From assembly GCF_006345805.1 (NCBI RefSeq), contig NW_021833140.1, positions 1 to 29,202 of the forward strand: 29,202 bases of DNA, read 5' to 3'. Under the pieces are notes generated by a model. That model was not told the DNA's origin, ran no database searches, and saw nothing but the letters and a program-made list of their open reading frames with translations. How positions within the stretch are numbered: position 1 is the first letter of the stretch; each line of letters starts with the position of its first letter. This stretch comes from Octopus sinensis (Eukaryota). The translations under genes and the position numbers were made by a program. This document shows positions 12,325 through 21,300 of this stretch, piece after piece.

Positions 12325-15300
12325 TGTGTGTCTATGTGTGCGTGTGTGTTTGTGCGTGTTGTTTGTGGTGTGTCTGTGCTGCATTTATATACTCACAAAT
12401 TCGCCCATATGTAATTGTTTAATGTGGTGTCGCATAATATTCTCTACTGTAAATATGCACACATGTAATTTGTTATAAATGAATGTTATTAATGGGATGT
12501 GTTCATGTTTTGGTTCCTCAGATGTGTGTTTTGTGAAGACGAAGTGGCCACAGAGACGTTCTTTCCATGTAAACATCTTTCGCTGTGTAAGAAATGCTGT
12601 CCCCCAAAGATACCTAAACGATGCCCTATGTGTAGACAGAATATAACGAGCAAAAATAGTTTGGGTAAGAATAATCTATGATCTGTCTGTTTGTCTCATG
12701 GGCTTTATGGCGTGGAATATTGCATTTCATGTTGTTGTGTAGATCCAGTTCTGCCTTAATCAAGCACACTATTGATAAAAGATGTTCCAGGTGTCTATTC
12801 TCTGTCATATTATGTCTCTCACTACTCCCACTAAACATTGTTCTTGTCCAATTAGAAGACTTGTCACACTTCAAGATGGTTGCTTTCTGCAACATAAAAT
12901 TTATAAAGAATACTGAATTATAAATGTTGACTAAATACCAATAAATCACCAAGGTTCTATCAGTAAATACCGACATCTTGTGTGTGATTAGAGTGATTAA
13001 TGAATTATCAATATCTTCGGAAGCTGATAATTAAAAACAACTGCATTTATATGAATATCAGAGTGAGTCTTTATAATAAGAGACTCAATAAGAAAATCTC
13101 AACTGAGGTTTAGGGGCAACATTAGAGAGAGGGGACATCAAAAGGGTGGGGAAACTTTGATTGATGTATAGATTAGTATTCTGAGGATCAGTTCTTCTGA
13201 ACCGTTTCAAATATTTTCACAGCATAATGTGTGGATGATAAGTTTTATGTCGTTAATGAGGTTTTGTGTGTGTATGTAGTGTGTTAATTTAGGACACGAG
13301 ATATCACTTCCTGTTAGACCTGTTGTCACTTTCTGTTCGACCTGCTTATTCAGGAGAGGAATGACATTGAAATATCTTCAGATATTTCCCCACATCTGAT
13401 TACATTCTGGAGAACTGTGATGTGGGTAATTAAAATTAAAGATTACTAGTAGTAACCAATAACAAAGAGAGCAAGTGTATTATATATATACATATATATC
13501 TATCTATAATATATATATATTATAGAGAGAGAGAGATAGATAGATAGATATATTGTTGTATTTGGGAATGGTCATTTTGCCAGTTTAGCCAATAAAAACA
13601 CACGCACTATATATTTGGTGTTACTTTGCTTCAGTCTTATTTATTTTTTACATTAATCTTAATCTTATTTCGGCCAAAAACAAAAACAAATTACACGTAC
13701 GTATATAAACAGAAGATACAAATATTACAGGCACTTCACCCCCCCCCACGCACACTAACTAAACATAGACACACATAGAGGTATACGCATGCACAAATGA
13801 GGACACGTACAATAGGATACAAAATACAAAATGGTTGATGGTTAGTAAGGAGAGACACCACAAATAAGAAAGAAGAAAGCAAAGGGACCACTGATGAGGT
13901 CACAGGAGTGTGACGGAAGAACTCTGGCCGAAATAGATTAAGATTAAAGTAAAAAATAGATAACGCTGAAGCAAAGTAACACTAAATATATAGTGCGTGT
14001 GTTTTTATTCGCAAAACTGGCAAAATGACCATTCCTAAATACAACAATATCTGTTTCAACACACGATTTCACATCAAAAATCTTGCAAAACAAGTAGATA
14101 GATATAGATATATATCCGTCTGGAAGTGGTGTGTCGTGTTTGAGGCTAGGACTTCGATGCTCAACTTGGTTGACACTGGATTTAAGCAGAAGATGAGACG
14201 AATGTTGATTAGAGATGTCTTGTCATAGATCTGGCACAAATATAAGAAAACCAAAACGAAGCTAAGAGACAATCGGTTATTAGGGGATAATTAAATGAGA
14301 TAATTTCAGAATTGTTAGAATTGTTGGATGACTTAAGAGACAGAGAAGGGTTGTTAAGTGTAGTCTATTCTGTTGTGGACTCAAATAGTGAACCATTACT
14401 TGGCCCCACTGTAGAAAGCATACAAATGTTCTCCAAAAGCATGTTGTCATCAGTGATGACACGAATGTCTCACAATAATAAAATATCGATTATTAGAAAG
14501 GATAAAGAAATTTTACTAAAACCACTTTGAAATGTATTTTTCAGTTGGTCCAAATTCGTCAAAGATGGAAGTCCAGATGGTGGCAGGACCAGTTGGTGAG
14601 TATGAAATAACTGTACCTAATTATGTTATCCCATAAGAGGCATAGGGTTGGTTTCCCGGTTTCTCTAGCGTATACATTCCTCCCTGAACAGGACACTAAT
14701 TCGCTGTAAAATTACTTGTTTTTGCCAGCTGAGTGAACGGAAGTGTTTTGCTCAAGAACGCAACGTATTGCCTGGTGAAGGAATCGAAACCCCAATCTTA
14801 CAATCATGAGTCAAATACCCTAACCATTAAGCCGTGCGCCTCCACTTGCTATGACCAATTCGTTTCCATAAAACACAAGCGATGGAAAAATTTATAGAAA
14901 TCAATGTACCTAACTGATTCCTATAAATTCTCCACTCCCTGAGCTGTTTTGTTTGTCAGAAGGACTGAGAACAGGGCCCATCTCTAATTTCCATTTGAAA
15001 TGTTAGCTGCAAAAGGAGTCGATGAAATATATCGCTGAAATTTCATAAAATCTTTGTTACCTTGGATGGAAAAATGAATAAATTAGAAAACACAATAGAG
15101 TTAATATTGTCTTTTGGAACCAAGAACTAAGATATGTTGTTGTGTAGGGGTAAACAGGTGAACAGAAACTAGAAAAATGTGACCAAAATCATAATGGTTA
15201 CCAATTGACCATTGCAAGGAAGGAATGTCTCTCAATAATGTAAAAAATTGCGTTTTTGAAAGTTTAACTGTAAAGTAATTCTATTAAAGAGTGTCTGTGT

Positions 15301-18300
15301 GGTAAGTAGCTTGCTTACCGACCACATGGTTCCGGGTTCATTCCCAGTGCGTGGCACCTTGGACAAGTGTCTTCTACTATAGCCTCGGGCCGACCAAAGC
15401 CTTCAGAGTGGATTTGGTAGACGGAAACAGAAAGAAGCCCATCGTATATATGTATATATATATATATAATATATATGTATGTGTGTATATATGTTTGTGT
15501 GCCTGTGTTTGTCACTCCAACATCGCTTGACAACCGATGCTGGTATGTTTATGTCCCCATAACGTAGCGGTTTGGCAAAAGAGACCGATAGAGTAAGTAC
15601 TAGGCTTTCAACGAATAAGACCTGGGGTCGATTTGCTTGACTAAAGGCGGTGCTCCAGCATGGCAACGATCAAATGACTGAAACAAGTAAAAGAGTAAAA
15701 TAGTAAAGATATTACTGAAGTTTCATAAAATCAAGGTTAACATGATTGGTAAAATGGATTTATTAGAAGACACAACAGAGTTGATATTGTCTTTTGGAAC
15801 AGGGGAGGAAAGTATGTTGTTGATGGTGTGTAAACAGGTGAGTTGATGAGAAAGTTTTTATCTATTTCTCTCCCAAGTCCTGGGCCCTGTTTCCCGATAG
15901 GTTATTGTTGTTGTTGTTGCTGCCTAGTGAGATATTTGTCGTAATATGTTGCTTCTCGCTGGGTATCTACCAAGAACATCTCTGATTGAATACATATTGG
16001 GGTCATAAAATAAACAAAAAAATATATTATAAACTCGGTATAAGAATATTGATTTTAAAGTTTTGACACAAGGCCAGAGAGCTCGATGTAGGGGGTATTT
16101 CAATTTAATCACCCCCAGTGCTCAACTGCTGCTTATTTTATCCGCCCTTAAAGGATGAAAGCAAAGTCAACCAAGGCAGAATTCGAACTCAGAACATTAA
16201 ACCTCAAGAAATGCCTCTAAGCATTTGGGGCAATGTGCTAACGATTCTGCCAGTTCCCCGCTTTAATATGTATAAGAAAACTGATTTGAAACGTTAGCTT
16301 AATGCCGGCCAGTTTGTGGCAGTGGGTAAGATGATTACGTCCACACCAGTACTCAATGCTTTTATCTCTGAAATGTAACCTTATTTTGTCATAGCATCAT
16401 CTTCTGCCCTCATCTAAGATTTTACATTGTGCTGCCCTCTATGGATTTCTATTGTTTTCTTGGGTATTGGACCATATCCCTACAATTTGGGATTATTGAC
16501 ATCCAACGTCCAGTAAAGTTCAGATGTTATTGTTCTGCTTTCATTCCGTATCAAAAAGTATGTTGTGATACATATTTCTTTATATATGCGACACTAATTA
16601 AATTTATTTCATAAAGCATGATAATGACCTTTTTTAATTAGTTAATCTTAATTAGCATAAGGGACAAATGGTATAGTAGTGTTGATGGTGTGGGATGTAA
16701 GTAGAGTTACATGTTCCTCGTAATCTTCTTTCTTATATTGGCATCAGAAAGACAGTCTCTGTCATTAATGGTTGTAACTTTTGTGTTCTCAAATTTACTT
16801 GTGACTGGGTTTTCAAACCTTGACGTCCACCACAGTCATAGAGGAAACATCAAATGAGTGGGTAAACTTTGACTGCTGTATAAAATAGGGTCAACAGAGA
16901 GAACCCTATTTCTTGAAAACCTGTTCAGGTATATCATTTCAGTTATTTCACTGTAATAATATATGGATGAACAGTTTCTTATAAGTTGTTAATGAGGTGA
17001 TGTCTTTTAGAACACCTGATATCACCTTCCGTTCCACCTGTGTAAAACTATTCATTGCTCACCATTTAAAAAAAAATTTTAGGGAGTTTTCAAATATTTC
17101 ACTTGACATCCTGTTAAACTGTGATGCAGGCAGTTAAAATTAATGATTACCAGCAGCAACGTTTAACAAAAGAGAGGAGTTGTATGTTTATCCTACTTGA
17201 AGTTGTCTGTCGTGTCTGTGGTTAGATCTTTGATGACCAACTTCCCTGACTTTACAATTAAGCAGAAGATAAGACGAATGTTGGTTAGTGAAATCTAGAA
17301 GTGAGACAACAATGATATGTCATAGATGGACACAGATAGAAGAACAGAAAGACAGAACTAAGGGGAAACAGTTTTATCAAGTGATAATTAAATGAAATAA
17401 CCGTAACATTGTTAGATTATGTATGATGTCTTAATAGATAGTGGAGATTTAGGACGGTCAGTCAATTCGTTGTGGACGTAAAACTGAATTATCACATGGG
17501 GTCACTGTAGAGAGTATAAAAATCTTGACCAAACCCACAGTGTCACCAGTTGACCATTAGTGATAGAAATGTCTAAAAATAAAAGAATATAGTTTATTTA
17601 TAATAAAGAAATACGATTAAATGTAAAACCTTGAAATATCGAAGACAGGCAAATACCTAGAAACTGCAGTCCGTGCGTATCACTTAGGTTGACGAGAGAG
17701 GGATGACCTCCCTTTGCAAATATCATAAGGGCACAGAAAGTGTGCCTAAATCCAGCTGGAGACGATGATCTCCTGGGGCTACAAGCTACAGTAACAATAT
17801 GGTTAGCCATATTGAGATGGCTAGTATACTTTACCTTGAAATATCTCTTTCAGTGTTCCAAAGTTTGAGGACAAAGGAGTTCATCAGATGCACAGTTATT
17901 AGGGGCTACATCCAAGCAAGGTGGTGAGTATAAAATAACAGTTCCCAATTGATTTCTATAAAGTTTACTTACCCTGGGCATATTGTGCTTGAAGAAGATA
18001 CTGAAAAACATGTTATATTCTTACTCTCAAATTGAAAGATTAGCTGCAAAATAATTGTATTAAAGATATGGATATTACTGAAAGGTCATGAAATATCCAC
18101 CGAGGTAAGCACAGTTTGTAATAATGGATTAAAAAGGCACAACAAAGTTAATTTTATCATTTCCACAGGAAACTAGTGATGTAGTTGAAGTGTAAACAAG
18201 TGAGGAAATTATGATTTTTCCTGTTTATTATTGTGGTTGTTTAGGTAGATGCTTTTCATAATGTGGCAGAATTACTATGAAATATCTTCCACGTGTGAAC

Positions 18301-21300
18301 AGCCTGTCGTTTTTCACTGATACTAAATCTATCATAACATCCACTAAACATTGTCTTTATCCAAGCAGAAGACTTTGCTTTCTTGATGAAACAACCCTTG
18401 TTTCTCTTCTCGCTTGAAGATACAATGCAATGATATGACCTTCATCATTTATGATTTCCATATTCCCATGGGTGGTCACTGTCCAAGTCAGTTTCTTATT
18501 GAGAATTACTGCCCAACTTCATTTGTGGAGGAACACATCTCACTAAAATATTTCAGCCTTTCTATGGTGGTAATCCCTCTTAACATCGACCTCTTTATAA
18601 AGGGTCCTGGGTGCATTTTATGGTGGCACATGTTCTAACAGATGTCATGTCCTCAAAAAACTTAAACGTCCCTTTAACTTATTCAAAGAAATATGAGACA
18701 TGTGAAACAGGAAAGGATAGTAAAGGGTTATGGAGAGCAGCTTGCTAAGAACCCATATGAGGTTACTCAGAAACAGTTTGCAGATATAAGAGTGGAAAGC
18801 TAAAATGCAATAAAGATGCAAAGAGACGGGGTTGACACGGGCGTCCTACACTGACACAAAGTGAAATCAAACATTCCCACTCATGGACAGTTTGAAATTA
18901 CCAAGGAAACCAGCAATCAAAATATTTCAGCTTGTGATTTCAGTAAGAAGCAAGTATATAGCTGAGGGAAGAGGACAAGAGCAAAGAGTGCCCCAGGAGG
19001 GGATGGTGTACTATGGGGAAAGTGTACAAGCATTATAACCCAATTGGTTATAAGTATTACCTACTACTTTGGAAGTTGTGATATAAAGGTGAACTGGATG
19101 GCTGATGCAAGGTAAAAGGAGTTTACTTATCAAAGGGAGCTAAAGGAAAATCGACCGACCAGTTCAGAACAATTCCAACCGTGAACGAAGATGGCAAGAT
19201 TTACATGGGTGTACTTGCTAAGAGATCAACTACATATCTCCAAAATAATGGTTATGGGACGGAAAGTATCCAGACGGCGTAGGAGTGGCTGTGTGGTAAG
19301 TAGCTTGCTTACAAACCACATGGTTCCGGGTTCAGTCCCACTGCGTGGCACCTTGGGCAAGGTCTTCTACTATAGCTCGGACCGAACAAAGCCTGTGAGT
19401 GGATTTGGTAGACGGAAACTGAAATAAACCCGTCGCATATATATACATATGTATGTATTTGTATATGTTGTGTGTCTGTGTTTGTTCCCCCAGCATCACT
19501 TGACAACCGATGCTGGTTTGTTTACGTCCCCGTAACTTATTTGTTCGAGAAAGAGACCAATAGAATAAGTACCAGGCTTACAAAGAATAAGTCCTGGGGT
19601 GATATGCTCGACTAAAAGCGGTGCTCCAGCATGGGCCACAGTCAGCTCACTGAAACAAATAAAAGAGTAAAGAGTAAAAGAGAGAAGACAGGAATCCCTG
19701 AAGTGTGGAACTTGCATTTTGAATCTGGGATGCGATACAAGATACAAAGAAGAACAAAAGCGATTTGAATGTTGTATGGCTTGATCAGGTTAATGCTTAT
19801 CGTTCTGTACTACACGAATTGTTGCTGAAAAAAACGGACGTCTTTTATAACGAGAAAAGATTAAGAATCTAATGAAGAGTTGCTGTAATAATTTCAAAAT
19901 GCGCTTCAGGACAGAATATTTCACAACAGACTCGCATCGTCTGGAGACTGGAATTGCCGTGGGTTGCACAATATCAGTCATTTTGTTTGTACTTGTTATG
20001 GAAATGTTTATTAGATCAGGAGATTCAGAAGAAATAACTCGAGTGAAGTCCCTAAGACGACATTAAGGGATGACATAACAACACAAACAACAGAGCAAAA
20101 GGATATGCAAATAGTTCTGAATAGACTGTATTAATTAATTAGTTGGTCAAGAATAGGGTTGAAGGCAAATAAATGTTGCCGTCATTGGCCAAAGCTCAGC
20201 AGAAATAAGTGAAATTCAAAGTAGCAGAAGAAAGCATGTCAAAGGTTAAAGAGAAACTGTTAGGGTGATGGTACACTACCTCATTGTCCCACAAGAGTAG
20301 AGGCATCGAGATAATAGCACAAAAAGAAGACATCTTATGAGCAATAGATAAGCCAAAACTTTTGGGGAATAAAGGGGTTTTAAAGAACTTCTTTATTAAG
20401 AGTCTTAAAAATATTTCCTGAATCAGATGATGTTCTTGTGAAATGGGGATGTGCGGAGTTACGATTCAAGATTACCAACATCAACCCTTAACAAAGATGT
20501 CAGGTGTATGTTTATCCTACATGAATTTGTCTGCCGTGTATTTGTGGTTAGGTCTTTGGAAACCACCTTGTTGACATTAGAATTAAGCAGAAGATGAGAA
20601 AAAATGTTGGTGAGTGAAGTCATTCACAGGTTTGGTACAGATATAAGAAGGGAAATAGAGAACTGTGAGAAAAATAGTCTTATCAAATGATAATTAAATG
20701 TGATAAATGCAAACATTGTTAGATTATGTAGGATGTGTTGATAGAGAGAGAGAGAGACGAAGTTTTTAAGAAGTTGAATCTATTTTGTTGTGGACCAAAA
20801 TATTGAGCTATTACATAGATTAAAAAGGTTGACCAAAAATCATAGTGGTCACCAGTGGACCATGATGATAAGCATGGCTCAAGAATAAAGATTAAGAAAT
20901 TTAGTTAAATTATAAAATTGGAATATTTATTTCAGGGAGTCCACAGCTGAAGGAAAAGGATCTTCTGAGAGTGGTCTAAGAGGTTAGGAAGAGATTGGTG
21001 GCAAGTAGGTGAGTAAAAATTACACTACCTAATTGATTTCTATAAAATTTTACATCACCTGAGCTATTTCATTTGTCAGGATGAAAGAGAACAGGTTACA
21101 TTCCTAATTCCAGTGGAATGGGTTAGCTGCAAAATAAATTCTATAATGATATTACTGGTATTTCATAAGTATCCACTGAGGTTGGTAATTATGGATACAC
21201 AGAAAATACAAGTGCATTTAATATTGGAAGAAAGAAGAAAAATATGTTAAGGGGTAAAACAGCTGAGTAATTGAAAACGTTTTTGGTTTCGTCTTTACTC

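Larger units (their letters stand above)
10991..12454 (+). repeat. Direct duplication of about 270-290 nt of intron (10991-11257 and 12167-12454)
   Basis: tataagtgaattatatttctggaatatatg...cgcataatattctctactgtaaat is nearly identical in both copies apart from the internal TG tract. Confidence 0.92.
14120..21290 (+). repeat. Triplicated intron-exon-intron cassette (~14120-15170, ~17145-18210, ~20470-21290)
   Basis: Shared blocks ttaagcagaagat(g/a)ag, gataattaaatg, attgttagat, tgtggac, then exon, gtgagta..aaa.t..ca..acctaattgatttctataaa and ttagctgcaaaa in all three. Confidence 0.88.

Noticed and set aside
13382-13425. Possible fourth linker exon (ttgaaatatcttcag acceptor, gtaatt donor)
   Set aside because: 44 nt breaks the frame, no peptide similarity, and flanks do not match the cassette; needs RNA-seq.
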